A DNA stretch of 64,000 nt, taken from NCBI RefSeq assembly GCF_036588685.1, contig NC_086374.1, positions 73,594,001 to 73,658,000 on the forward strand. Reading direction: 5' to 3'. Below the pieces are notes generated by a model. That model was not told the DNA's origin, searched no databases, and worked only from the letters and a program-made list of their open reading frames with translations. Positions 25,065 through 53,627 of the stretch are shown here, in pieces. Position numbers and translations under genes: made by a program. The stretch comes from Mytilus trossulus. Taxonomy: Eukaryota. Position 1 is the stretch's first letter, and the number at the start of each line of letters is the position of its first letter.

Positions 25065-25731
25065 CATAGTTGTCTTTTTAGGCCACGAGGGGCATATTGC
25101 TCACATTATATACCCTCATTGTCCAGTGTCAGTCCAAATTTTTTTCTCAACCATTTTCCCGGATCGTCTCTATTACAAAACCTACTTAGTATTGTATTTA
25201 ATGTTAACTTGTTCTGGTCCTGAACATGCATGAAATGTTTGCCACTGTACGTTAAATCCTTAAATTTACACCCGTCACTTGAAACTTAAGATGTTAAAAT
25301 TTAAATCATTGCCTCTAATTTTTCAAAGAAATCGACAAAGTTTACGAACATGATTTACGCAAAAAGAAATATCTACGTTACCGCTTGCTAATTATGGAAG
25401 TGGGGTAACATGAGACTTTATTGTAAAAGTACAAGTACAAATAAAACAAAAGAAAAAAATATATGGAATATGTTATTTGTACAACAGTTGGCTGTTAGAA
25501 TGATATTTAGAGATATGGGATATGCAATTTATATAAAAGCAATATTTGGACATTTAACGACATCAAAACCAAATACATCAAGCAAATTGTGACTATAATG
25601 GCAAAATTGGATGAGTATCTTTTTATTTCTAATTTGTAGCTTTAGTAAACGTTGGTTCCCTAAATTTGAAAGTTTTGATAAGTATATAATTATCACAGTA
25701 ACATTTTCGTCTCCTAGTGCATATTTGTTTA

Positions 25732-28252
25732 CACGGCCGACACTCGGCTAACCGAGAGATGGGTCAGTTAATCTATATTGAGTATGCGGCTATATCGGCG
25801 GTGGGTCTGTTAATCGGGTTGGCTAAAGTCTGTTAATCAGGTGTTATCGTGAAAATCAGTGCAAGGTCAGTATGTTTCATTGTATAACTTTTTAATTATA
25901 CTTATAACATAAAAACTATTTATGTCTGGCAAAATGATATGGAGTACTGAATCCCGTGGTGCAATTTTTTTTTTCTAGCTTCAATAAACGATCTATAAAA
26001 TGAAAAGGAGAGTTACTCATCAGTAAATTTATACACATTTTACACACACAAAATGTACACAAAAATGACAAGTTGGTTGAGTTTACTTGTATGCAATCTT
26101 TTGAACATCGAAAAAAGACGGGCATTGTGTTTGTTTACCATATTAACATCAATATGTGAAAAATCTACACGAAAAACTGTATTTTGGTGACATAAATCAA
26201 TTTTTGATAAAAATAGGGTCTGTTAATGGGTCGGATGTATAAAACTCGGTCTGTTAATAGGTCTGTTAAGAGTCATGAATGATATTACAAGTATAATATA
26301 ACTGCTTTATGGGGTGTTATCTGAATAAAGGGATAGGCTCAAGATTAGTGGCTAGAATATATGGAAACAACACATGAACATTGAAACATAAGTTTAGACA
26401 ATGGAATCTGAAAATTAATAGAAATGGTTTCAAAAAGTGTAATATCAAAGTAATATTAATTTCATCAAAGAATGGTCGCATATATCATGTGGATTCTGTT
26501 TTATTGATATGAATTGCACCTATTTGTCATTTACATAGTTAACAAGTATATAAATCAGAGATAAACTTCGTAATGTAACAAAACATCAGTAAGTAAAATT
26601 GTTGTTTTTTTTCTAATTTTAAGCAGAGACATATATACACATGTGTATATATGTCTCTGTTTTAAGTATGAAGAGAAAACATAGAAATTACAGTAATAGA
26701 AAATATAGATGGAAGAAATCAAAAGCTAATTCATCTGATCTGATACCAGAATTGAAATTTGATATTTACGCCTTATATATACGTCAGACACGCGTTTCGT
26801 CTACTAAAAAATCATCAGTGACACTCGAAAAAAAAAGTTTAAAAAGAGGCCAAAATCGAAGTTGAAAAGCATTGAGGAAATACAACTAATGCCGGCGTCA
26901 CACTTCACCGTATGGCTCCGGCGTGTTTAAATTCATTTACGCTGTCAATGCGCTAGTAATTTTTGATGCATTTAATCTGTCAATTATGTTTGTAACGTGT
27001 GATAGACGAGCTTTAAGCTTGTATTGGGCTACATTATCACTGTACTAGTATACATATTTTTAAGGGGTCAGCTGAAGGACGCCTACGGGTGCGTGAGTTT
27101 CTCTCAACATTGAAGACCCATTGGTGGCCTTTGTCTGTTGCCTGTTCTATGGTCGGGTTGTTGTCGCTTTGACACATTCCCCATTTCCTTTCTCAATTTG
27201 CCCTTTTATTTCGACGTACTTCAAACTTATGCAACGCGCTTTTAACGACTGCTAAGCGTTCTTAAGGCGTGCAACTAACGTATACCGACTTTGTCAGTTT
27301 TCTCTGTATGTTTGTTGCACGCCGGTTTATCCGCCAATGTGTGACGCCGGCATAAGGTAATATATTCCTGAGGTAGAAAAGCCTTAGTATTTCAAAGAAA
27401 ACGCATGAAATTTAACCAGCTGCATTGCAACACAAGACAGATTCATACATGTTACAGATTTTGAACAGACCAAAAAATATGGCTGATTGATAACTTGGCG
27501 TAAATAATAAATTCATGCAAATTCGAGCGGCCAATCATTCCATATAACGCTAATTTGAAGTGACCCACCCTTTTAATGAAATGCAGAGAAAAAAAATTAA
27601 AATAAAAGTGCTCTTTCTATAAGGATACTGTTGTACCGTACGTATTTTAATTTTTTCGTCACAAGTACATCTCATTTTTTTCAATGTGAAAATATAAACT
27701 CAAGGTAGTAAGACTATTGTCGTGGCTAAATAACTCTTAACTGACACGATTTAAATTGTCCAACCCATTAACAGACTGTATTCCCCTAATATTCATTAAA
27801 ATGTGGTATAACTCAACTTATATAACAATTATGAAATATTTATCAACGGCAATTGACTTTTTAGAACCAAAGTACTACTTTGTGTCCTTTAAATCGTATC
27901 TAAAAATGTTTTTTGGCCTTTTATCTAAAATATTGCTATGCGTACAAGCATAAAAACCACATACTTGCGCGACGCCTTTTCGTTTTACTTAAAATTGCGC
28001 AGGCTATGCATTTATTTTAATGGTGCAAAATGTTCTATGATAGATATCATTTTGTCAGACACTTTTCTTTTTTTGATGTGATTCTCATAACATGCCAAAA
28101 AATCTGTATATTTAACAGAGTTTAACATTAAATTGTGAGTTTTACTCTTAACAGACTTTAGCCAACCCGATTAACAGACCCACCGCCGATATAGCCGCAT
28201 ACTCAACATAGATTAACTGACCCATCTCTCGGTTAGCCGAGTGTCGGCCGTG
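25732..28252. mobile_element. Non-autonomous CAC-terminal (CMC/Transib-type) transposon with ~105-bp TIRs
   Basis: CACGGCCGACACTCGGCTAACCGAGAG... is near-perfectly inverted at 28148-28252. Subterminal GTCTGTTAA repeats. Flanks gttta/attta (imperfect 5-bp match). Confidence 0.85.
26890..27352. mobile_element. Harbinger-like MITE nested in a family C repeat
   Basis: TIR TGCCGGCGTCACAC...GTGTGACGCCGGCA with TSD TAA. Removing it restores host acaactaaggtaat. It contains a family A fragment (27032-27200). Confidence 0.8.
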
Positions 28253-28459
28253 ATTTAAGTCCTAAAACTTTTGTTCTTCTGGAGAAAATTCAAACCATAA
28301 TGAAATATGGAGGTGCGGTAAAATTGCCAATTAATCAACTCTCCACCGAATACAAAAGGACAGAAATGTTAGCTTGCTTACATTGCTTCTTCATTTTAGA
28401 TCCCCAAATTACCATTCCATTATATGCACCGCATATTCTAAAATATGTTAAAGCCTCGG

Positions 28460-28845
28460 ACTTCTCTTGAACTGAATTTTAATGTGCGTATTGTTATGCG
28501 CTTACTTTTCTGCATTGGCTAGATGTATAGGGGGAGGGTTGAGATCTCACAAACATGTTTAACCCCGCCACATTTTTGCGCCTGTCCCAAGTCAGGAGCC
28601 TGTGGCCTTTGTTAATCTTGTATTATTTTAACTTTTAGTTTCTTGTGTACAATTTGGAGTTTAGTATGGCGTTCATTATCACTGAAGTAGTATATATATT
28701 TGTTTAGGGGCCAGCTGAAGGACACCTACGGGTGTGGGAATTCTCGCTACATTGAAGACCCATTGGTGGACTTTGGCTGTTGTCTGCTCTATGGTCGGGT
28801 TGTTGTCGCTTTGACACATTCCCCACTTCCTTTCTCAATTTTATT
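28460..28845 (+). repeat. Dispersed repeat family A, longest copy
   Basis: Shares its 3' part with 27032-27200 and 4488-4630. Confidence 0.7.
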
Positions 28846-30035
28846 GCATATGACTAAAATAATATTTATCAGAAAAAAATATTTGCAAGTTTATTACAAG
28901 AATGCTAATGCTACAAGCTATACAGGTTTAAAAATAAATTATATTTTCAATAACATAAAAATTCTTGCAAAAAAATACAATTAAAAAATACAGAAAGTTA
29001 CTCGTATTAATGATTTGTATAGACTTTTTGTATAGTACAGTTAGTACTATACAATTTCTTGCTCGTATGTAGAATAACGAAATCCGAGTTTTATGTTTTA
29101 ATTAAATGGTACATTATAAGTCTTCATGGTTTTAAACTGCTTTTTTGTAAGGTTTGCCAGTTAAGATTCAGCTTATTCAATTCTGTATATGTTTTCAGAA
29201 GTCGGTGTGCATCCCAAATCTGCAGCAATATTCTAATTTTAGTTTTATTATAATTTGATATTCTCTTTCCCTTACTGATTTGGAGCTTATTTCTATATTT
29301 TTTCCGACTGTGGTATATGTTTGTTCAATTGGAGATTGAAAGAAAGTGTATTTCCTAGATAATTTGCTGATTGGACCTATTCTATATAGATACGGCCAAG
29401 ATGATCTTATCTTAAACAGTTTGAAGCCCTAAGGCCAATATGTAAAGAGAATCCAATAATATAAATACTGATGTCCACCAAACAAATGTCCTATTATATG
29501 AACATCCGAGAGATAAACAAAGAAGATGTGGTATGATTGCAATGAGACAAGAAACCAAATGACACAGAAATTAACAACTATAGGTAACCATGCGGCATTC
29601 AACAATGAGGAAATCCAATGCCGACGGTATAGTCATCTATAAAAGATCCCGAAATGACAAATGTAAAATAATGCCATCCATAAAACTAACGGCTAATTAA
29701 AGCACAAAATAATGTACGAAAAACAAATATGCAACATAGCAACAAACGACCAATGATGTTATAAAGAAGGTTGACAAACGATGTCATTTAGAAGATTAAT
29801 TTTGGCCGCATTTCTTTCTAACCAAAATTTTTGTAAACGTGTCGCGTTTGTTGTTTTCTAAACGCTGCACAAGTCTTAAATGACCCTGTTTGAACTTTCA
29901 ACAATGCACGCACATGTTGTTGGTAAACACATTTTTTTCAAACGTTAAAATAACTACTTTAGTACTTCGTTTAATCAGGTTGAAGCAAGAAACAAATGTA
30001 GCGTTTGTACTAACAAACGACAAACTGCAGACGCA

Positions 30036-31354
30036 TTTTTAGCTCACCTGGCCCAAAGGGCCAAGTGAGCTTTTCTCATCACTTGGCGTCCGGCGTCCGT
30101 CGTCCGTCGTCCGTCGTCCGTCGTCGTCCGGCGTTAGCTTTTACAAAAATCTTCTCCTCTGAAACTACTGGGCCAAATCAAACCAAACTTGGCCACAATC
30201 ATCATTGGTGTATCTAGTTTAAAAAATGTGTGGCGTGACCCGGTCATCCAACCAAGATGGCCGCCACGGCTAAAAATAGAACATAGGGGTAAAATGCAGT
30301 TTTTGGCTTATAACTCAAAAACCAAAGCATTTAGAGGAAATCTGACATGGGGTTAAAATGTTTATCAGGTCAAGATCTATCTGCCCTGAAATTTTCAGAT
30401 GAATCGGTTAACCTGTTGTTGGGTTGCTGCCCCTGAATTGGTAATTTTGAGGAAATTTTGCTGTTTTTGGTTATTATTTTGAATATTATTATAGATAGAG
30501 ATAAACTGTAAACAGTAATAATGTTCAGCAAAGTTAGATTTACAAATAAGTCAACATGACCGAAATGGTCAGTTGACCCCTTTAGGAGTTATTGCCCTTT
30601 ATAGTCAATTTTTAACCATTTTTCATAAATCTAAGTAATCTTTTACAAAAATCTTCTCCTCTGAAACTACTGAGCCAAATTAATCCAAACTTGGCCACAA
30701 TCATCTTTGGGGTATCTAGTTTAAAAAATGTGTGGCGTGACCCGGTCAACCAACCAAGATGGCCGCCACGGCTAAAATTAGAACATAGGGGTAAAATGCA
30801 GTTTTTGGCTTATAACTCAAAAACCAAAGCATTTTGAGGAAATTTGACATGGGATAAAAATGTTTATCAGGTCAATATCTATCTGCCCTGAAATTTTGAG
30901 ATGAATTGGACAATCGGTTGTTGGCTTGCTGCCCTCCAATTGGTAATTTTTAAAGAAATTTTGCCGTTTTTGGTTATTATCTTGAATACTATTATAGATA
31001 GAGATAAACTGTAAACAGCAATAATGTTCAGCAAAGTAAGATCTACAAATAAGTCAACATGACCTAAATGGTCAATTGACCCCTTAAGGAGTTATTGCCC
31101 TTTATAGTCAATTTTTAACAATTTTCATTAATTCGGTAAATTTATGTAAATTTTTACCAAATATTTTTCTCTGTTACTAATGGGCAAGGTTCATTATAGA
31201 TATAATTGTAAGAAGCAAGAACGTTCAGTAAAGTAAGAACTTCAAACACATCACCATCACCAAAATACAATTTTGTCATGAATCCATTTGTGTCCTTTGT
31301 TTAATATGCACATAGACCAAGGTGAGCGACACAGGCTCTTTAGAGCCTCTAGTT
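30036..31354 (+). mobile_element. Full-length HINE (Helentron-associated, DINE-1/pearl-like) element
   Basis: T-rich target, 5' subTIR/hairpin gctcacctggccc-aaa-gggccaagtgagc, (CGTC/CGT)n microsatellite, two ~501-bp tandem units (30140, 30641) plus a partial third, 3' subTIR aggtgagc and hairpin aggctct-tt-agagcct. Confidence 0.9.
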
Positions 31355-32482
31355 ATCGTTTGCATAGTTTGTCAAAGTTTATGCAAACTTTGCAAACGTC
31401 TGTTTGAAAGAAATGATCAAAACATATGCGCGCTTACACAGGCACTTGTCTCAGAAAAAAAAACAAGTGCCTGTGCGCGTTTAGCCTTTTGCACCGTTTG
31501 TGTCAGAAAGAAATGCACTCTTTGTTTTTTTGAAAACCAAGAGACCTACATATACAGGCGAGTTATTGGAGTATAGAATCAATAAATGTTATTTTCACGG
31601 AATTGTTTAATGTGTTGCATCAAACGTTTACTCACAATAAGCATGCATTATTAAATCCTTCTGAATCCTTTTCCTAATAGATAGATGAACCGAATTAGAT
31701 TTATGACCGATTGTGTACTTACATGACGGATGCCATATTTGGAGAAGGATCTACTTACACTTCCGGAACACTTGAGATCATTTCTAGTTTTGTTTAAAAG
31801 AGGATCGTGTTGCTCTTGCTTTATTTCCAAATGCTATTCTTTGGGCTTATTTACGTCCCAATGCCTGTATTAACATGTTTTTTTTCCCAGAAACAATCTT
31901 CTTCTTTCAGATAAAACAGTCTTATCTATCATTTGTCATGAAAAACGTTTCAATTTCAAAATCCCATACTCGGTCAAGTTAAAAGGTTAAAAAAATAACA
32001 TGACCTATGGTTTGCAAATTTGGTAATGTCTTACAGGTTAGAAACAAGTCGATTATCGAACCGCTAGTGTGTGTGATGCATTATTAATTCATATAAATTA
32101 TCAACATGCTTTAGAGGCTTAACACGACGGTCGTCACACGTGGAACAAGATATCATTCTAACTCTTCCAGAGCATATGATATCACCCACTCCCGGCCTCT
32201 TTTTTGTCGGGTTTTTGTTGTTCGATCTTTCTTATTATATGTTGTGTTTTTTAAACTATTTTCCTGATCGTTATTCATTTTTGCTTTGGGTTTGTGAGCT
32301 TGTTTTCGACGTATGACTGCATTTCCTTTGGTATATCTTTATCATCTTTTTTATGAATCAATATAATCTTTATAGTGTAATTGAACATAATAACATAATT
32401 TGTCTGAAATTAGTATTTTATTAACGTTCTTTTTAATACCTGAAAAGAAATGTTAATATTGTTTTCGAATGTTCTTAATTGT

Positions 32483-36621
<4,139 letters not shown>

Positions 36622-36710
36622 GATTGTAGGGTTAGTTTATGAATTTGTCCAGGAATTGTAACGTTAACTGAACAAAGTTGTTGTGTGGAAGACTCTGTAA
36701 TCCGTTCCCC

Positions 36711-36757
36711 TTTATATTCCTATTTACCCTAGTACATTCATATGTTCCCATAGAGAC
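36711..36757 (-). promoter_or_regulatory. Gene 2 promoter: TATA box and RFX X-box-like site
   Basis: TATAAA on minus at 36711-36716. GTCTCTATGGGAAC (36744-36757) fits GTYNCY-AT-RGNAAC. Confidence 0.6.
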
Positions 36758-38417
36758 AACTTACAACCGTTATTGTTATTCTAATTGATGTGTAAAACAT
36801 CCCATGAAATACATTTATATTAATAACTATTGATTTTTAATTGAAAAGAATCCTTTAAAAGGGTATATGAATAGTATATCAATATCTAGCCTAAACATTT
36901 ATGAATTATATTTGTCCATCTTATGAAAATTCAATATCCTTTGAATTTATAGATGAAATAGTTTAAATGCGTTATTTGTTTGAATCTTTATCCTTTACGC
37001 ATTAATACATATTTTTATTTAATGCAAATGACTTCTTTGTGATATGTAAAAGATGTCAACTATAGCCTAATTTGTTATATACAGGTTTGGCAATGCATAA
37101 CCGAAGATCAAACCAACTTTGGTGCAAGCTCAACGGAGAAAAAACGAAAAATGGGAAATCACTTCAACGTTTTGTGCTATTTTTAAAATAACATAAGTCT
37201 AACGAGCTGCTGAAACACGCAGCGACATAAAAGTAAAATATAAGTAATTTGTAAATTTTAAATGTAATCGTTTTATCGAAAAGAAACCTACAGAGGATTG
37301 CTTAGTGAGAGTAGGCATTTACAAAAGCGTCATGCAATGAAATTTCCTAATGATCCATGACCGCTTTCACCGAACAACGACGAAACAGATTGATGGTATA
37401 GACAAATCTGTACTTGCACTAAATTTGTTCTACTTGAAATATATTAGCATAGTATACATCTATGTAGTAAACGTGCATACTTTCAGCTTGTATAGACGTT
37501 GCTACCAGATAATTCGTGATGACAACACATATACACGCAAAATTTGTTTTACGGTCATGACAGGACAAAAATGGTACTAGGGTGCCGTCTGAGCTTGTGG
37601 TGAAGCGAGTAGTTTTGTTTTTGCTCCATGATAAACTTGAGGCCTCACTGTGACTTTGAAGTGAAGAACAGCCATAAAAGCGCTATTTGTGTTTTTTTAA
37701 TATGAGTCACGAGTGGCGGCCGCTTATTAAACAAAAACGGAAATTTCATTCGCAGTTACTTCATATCTAATGATAATTCATTTTATCCCTTTTCATGTAG
37801 TCTTATACTCATAGGCTGGCATTCAAAATCACCAGGGACACTTTAAGCTCAAGACAAACATGTAAAAACATGATGTCATTTATATTCCAAATGGAGGACT
37901 GCTATTATAAATTGCTAAACAAACAAATTTAACCCAGTCACATGTTTTTATGCTTTTCCAAAGTCCGATTTTTTTTTAGGTCATCTGTTGATAAATTTTG
38001 GTGATTTGTTTTACCGTGTGGCAATTTAGTTTTGATTGTAATCTTACAGTTTCTGTATTATTTTTTTTTACATCTTGCCCTGACCAATTTCGGTTTACAG
38101 CTTAAAATGTCTACCGTATATTCACTTGACAATTGCAGAGGCATGTTGACATGTTTTTTCTTGTATTTGTATTGATAGTTTGCCGTCCCGACGGTGGATA
38201 TAAGATCTACACTTATTGATATATGTCGGTTATCATAATAAATCAAGGTTTAAAATTTATTTTAAAGAAGAGAAAAACCATCTTATCGTATTTATTAGAT
38301 AATATTTAATTATTGATTTTTTTATATCAGATTGCAAAACAGAGAATAAACATCCGAAAATTGAGTACGACATTCACGTCTATAAAAGTGATCATATCTT
38401 TATAGACAAATAGTATT

Positions 38418-43745
<5,328 letters not shown>

Positions 43746-43814
43746 ATTTATAGAATTACGAGTTGATTAAAGCAAACAGTAATTGCTAAGTGGTGATTTT
43801 AAACAATCAACTCA

Positions 43815-43821
43815 TTTTATA
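43815..43821 (-). promoter_or_regulatory. TATA box of gene 3
   Basis: TATAAAA on minus, about 70 nt upstream of the ATG exon; the other paralogues have a TATA about 90 nt upstream. Confidence 0.5.
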
Positions 43822-45509
43822 ATGTTCCCAACTGAGTTTTCCCAACAGTGATTAAAACATAAATATTTATAGAAACATAGTAGATATAACTGATATGATA
43901 TGATCAAAGTAAACCAAGTAAGAATAAGGTGATGTGGGACTTTTATTATTAATATTTAAATATTTTCGTGTAACCAAGAGGTAGTTCGGAGAGATGTCAC
44001 TATAATGGTTTCTGTATATAAAATAAAGAAGACGTGGTATACTTGACAATGAAATAACTATCCTCAAGAGACCAAAGGGCGAACAGCTATAGGTCAACAA
44101 TGAGAAAAACAAACAAATACATTACATTATAGTTAGAGCTATAAAATGCTGCGGTTTGACAAAATTTCAACGGCCTTATTTATGGTAAAAAACCAACAAA
44201 AAAGATTAAGACAGCAACCTACGAAATAAACTCATCATAGATGCCAACACTAAATCTTGTATATACGCAAGACGCGCGTTTCGTCTACAAAAGACTCATC
44301 AGTGACGCTCAAATCCGAACAAGTTAAAGTACTATAATACAGACTGATGACGATTTTGGACAGGGACATAAAGAATGCGACGATAATGAATACTTTTCGT
44401 GAGAACTTAACATTGGACAGTGGTGTAATGATGAGCTCAACATACGAACAAACTATAATATACATGTATGTTGCAAAACTCTTGGCTAGTCAGATCGATC
44501 AAACACAAAGAACAGTTTTGTATGTAAATGCAGTTTAAAGCCAATTCCAACTTGCAAACAAATACGTAAAATTTCAATCAGTACACATTCAATGGATTAA
44601 GTGCAAAAACATTATAAACACCTTGTAGTAAACCATGCTGCTCAATGCATCAATCAACCTGTAAAATCGGTCAATATGTCACATCTGTTCTCTAGCTGTC
44701 TTATTTTATCTATACTAGGTACTTGCGTTACCCTCAAATGTCTCATTCTGTTTGCTAAAGTTGCTTTTCGTACACCATAATTGTAATGATCTTTTCATAT
44801 CTTTGAAAGCGAATTGAAAGAGTTATGGGTCATACGTTAACGAGACAACAGGTTAGTTCTCTGTCATAAGTTTTCAAAGAGCCAGAAACAGAAAAAAACA
44901 AGTTTCAGTCACCTCGTCAGTTTTTGACATTGTCGGAAACTCATTAAGGTCCATTAAGCTGTTTACATTTTTCTGTTCTTATACATTGTACATGTTGTAT
45001 ATATATCCTTGGCTTTCATTTATATGGGTTTGAACGTTTCCGATGGAGGTATATTCAGAAGCGCAATTATATTCAAGTCTGCCTTCATTAATAACAACGG
45101 CATATTAGTTAACTTCTGCTTTTATATTTGTTTTATAGTTCTACTAAAGTCAATTCAGAATTTGTTTTTTAGGATTTATTTGAACTTGAATTAGTAGAGT
45201 TTCGTTAACATTAATAATAACAATTAACATTATGGAACAACCGTTTCACAAATGATATCAGATATGTATCTTTCGTCGTAACTACAATCCCCTTCCCTTT
45301 CATGAACGTGACCTACCAAATAAGACTCTTTACCGGATTAATTATAACATAAGAAAAACGACGGTGCCACATGTGGAGCAGGATCTGGGAAAGTGGGAAG
45401 GCAAACTTCTAAAAGTGACAGAAAAAAAACTTTTTTGTAGTCCAATATTTTAGAGTTTCGACAGTTAACTCTTCCATTTTCAATCAAATTTTCAACAATA
45501 TATTTTGAC

Positions 45510-46595
45510 AAACAAGAGTGCACACGCTGAAATGTCTCGCCTTCATTGATATCATTGATATTATGTTGATAGTCCTAAGTATAAAGCTTATTAAAAACTG
45601 TCACATAAGCTTAACATTAACCAAGATAACTAAACAAAAACCAATGAACCATGAAAATGAGGTCAAGGTCAGATGAACCATGCCAGACAAACATATACAG
45701 CTAACAATGCTTCCATACAACAAATATAGTTGACCTATTACTTATAGTTTAAGAAAAATAGACCAAAACACAAAAACTTAACACTGAGCAATGAACCGTG
45801 AAAATGAGGTCGAGGTCAAATAAAACCTGCGCGACTGACATATAGATCATAAAATATCACACACCAAATATAGTTGACCTGTATCATATAGTATTAGATA
45901 AAAAGACCAAAACTGAAAAACTTAAACTTTAACCACTCAACCATGAAAATGAGGTCAAGGTCAGATGACATCTGCCCGCTAGACATGTACACCTTACAAA
46001 CATTCCATACAACAAATATAGTAGATATATTGCATAATGTATGAAAAAAGCAGACCAAAACAAAAAAACTTAACTATAACCACTGAAACATGAAAATGAT
46101 GTCAAGGACAGATGACAACTGCCAGTTGGACATGTACACCTTGCAGTCCTTCCATACACCAAATATACTAGCCCTTTTTGCATATAGTATCTGAGATATG
46201 GACTTGACCACCAAAACTTAACCTTGTTCACTGATCCACGAAATGAGGTCGAGGTCAAGTGAAAACTGTCTGAGGGGCATGAGGACCTTGCAAGGTATGC
46301 ACATACCAAATATAAGTATCCTATTACTTATAATAAGAGAGATTTTAAAATTACAAAAAATCTGAACTTATTTTTCAAGTGGTCACTGAACCATAAAATG
46401 AGGTCATGGACATTCGACAGGTGACTGACGGAAACTTCGTATCATGAGGCATCTATATACAAAGCATGAAGCATCCAGGTCTTCCACCTTGAAGTTCTAA
46501 AATATTAAGCTTTAAAAAAGTTAGCTAACGCCGCCGCCGGATCACTATCCCTATGTCAAGCTTTCTGCAACAAAAGTTGCAGGCTCGACAAAAAT
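45510..46595 (-). mobile_element. HINE element with ~150-bp tandem core
   Basis: Minus 5' end tttttgtcgagcctgcaac-tttt-gttgcag, (GGC)n, about six units (gaaaatgaggtcaaggtca every ~148 bp), and 3' end aggcgagacatttcagcgtgtgcactcttgtt. Confidence 0.85.
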
Positions 46596-46942
46596 GAGGG
46601 AGGGCAGGCAATTATTGACCCCTTGCATACCCGACTCCTACGCCCCTGAAAGTTTCACACTATTATAATATAACACAGGTTTGACGGGGAATAACGGTTA
46701 GTTGTTTTCTGTACCATTAGAAATACTTCGGAATGTTAATACTTGTTTGCCTCTCGATATTGATTATCGATTATATTCCCAATCAATGATTGGTTTTTAC
46801 CGGTAGAGTTGTGTTGTGATGTGTTATGTTGAATTTTATCGCAGTGGGACCTCTGATCATGCATAATTCAACCCGATATATTCATCTTAAACAAAAATAA
46901 AATTCTCCATTACATGATAATTATACTGTTATTTGATTATCA

Positions 46943-46975
46943 GTAACTATAGCGACCAGGTGATGCAGGTATAAA
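46943..46975 (+). promoter_or_regulatory. Gene 4 promoter: X-box-like site and TATA box
   Basis: GTAACTATAGCGAC 46943-46956 and TATAAA 46970-46975. A second X-box-like GTTGTCCTGGGAAC lies at 47307-47320 in intron 1. Confidence 0.55.
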
Positions 46976-47061
46976 GGTGAATGATTTAACTAGGCGGACA
47001 TCATTAAGAATTCATTCAGCCTTCCTTACACAGCTGACTGACTACTAGTATTGTCTTCAAA

Positions 47062-52940
<5,879 letters not shown>

Positions 52941-53627
52941 GAGAACTTCACATTTTGATTTTTAAAAGTTATTCGACCATATACAAGTTGAATAACAATC
53001 ACAACTTATAATATCAATTTTGTTCTTTTAATGCAATTTATCTTTTGAAGATGTTAACAACAATCTTCATTTTCATACTTCATGAATTCTGATATTACGG
53101 GAAACGATACAAAATAAAATTGAAACTAATTAAAAAATAAGATTTACATTTTTTAATAATCTAAAATTGGTAAAAAGCAGGTGTCTGAGAAAGTTTATAA
53201 CTCCAAGATTGTTTCGAAGATTCTAAACATTTACTTGTTCCTGAGTTGTTGTTTTTTCCAATGACAATCTTTAATTGGACTCGGTTTTTCTACCGGCGGT
53301 CTTAGATAACACTAAAAACAACTTCAGAATTTCAAAATTTCATATGAATTGGCCTTTTAAAAGTTTGAAAGAGTGCCACTGAGAAGTTTTATGTAGACGA
53401 AACTTGCGTTTGACGTTCATAATTATAAACATGGTATTACAGGTGAGATTTTTTTTTCTAAAATGCAAGTTCTAAGACTGCTATAACACATTAAAGTAGT
53501 CTAAGGTCAGATTGTTTTTGACACGATTGACATATAGCTGTAAAATCGAGAGAGAGTCAGTTAAGAACTAAACACAACAAAAGAGGTGACTTCAATTTTC
53601 TACAATGCGATTCGCATAAAATTTAGC

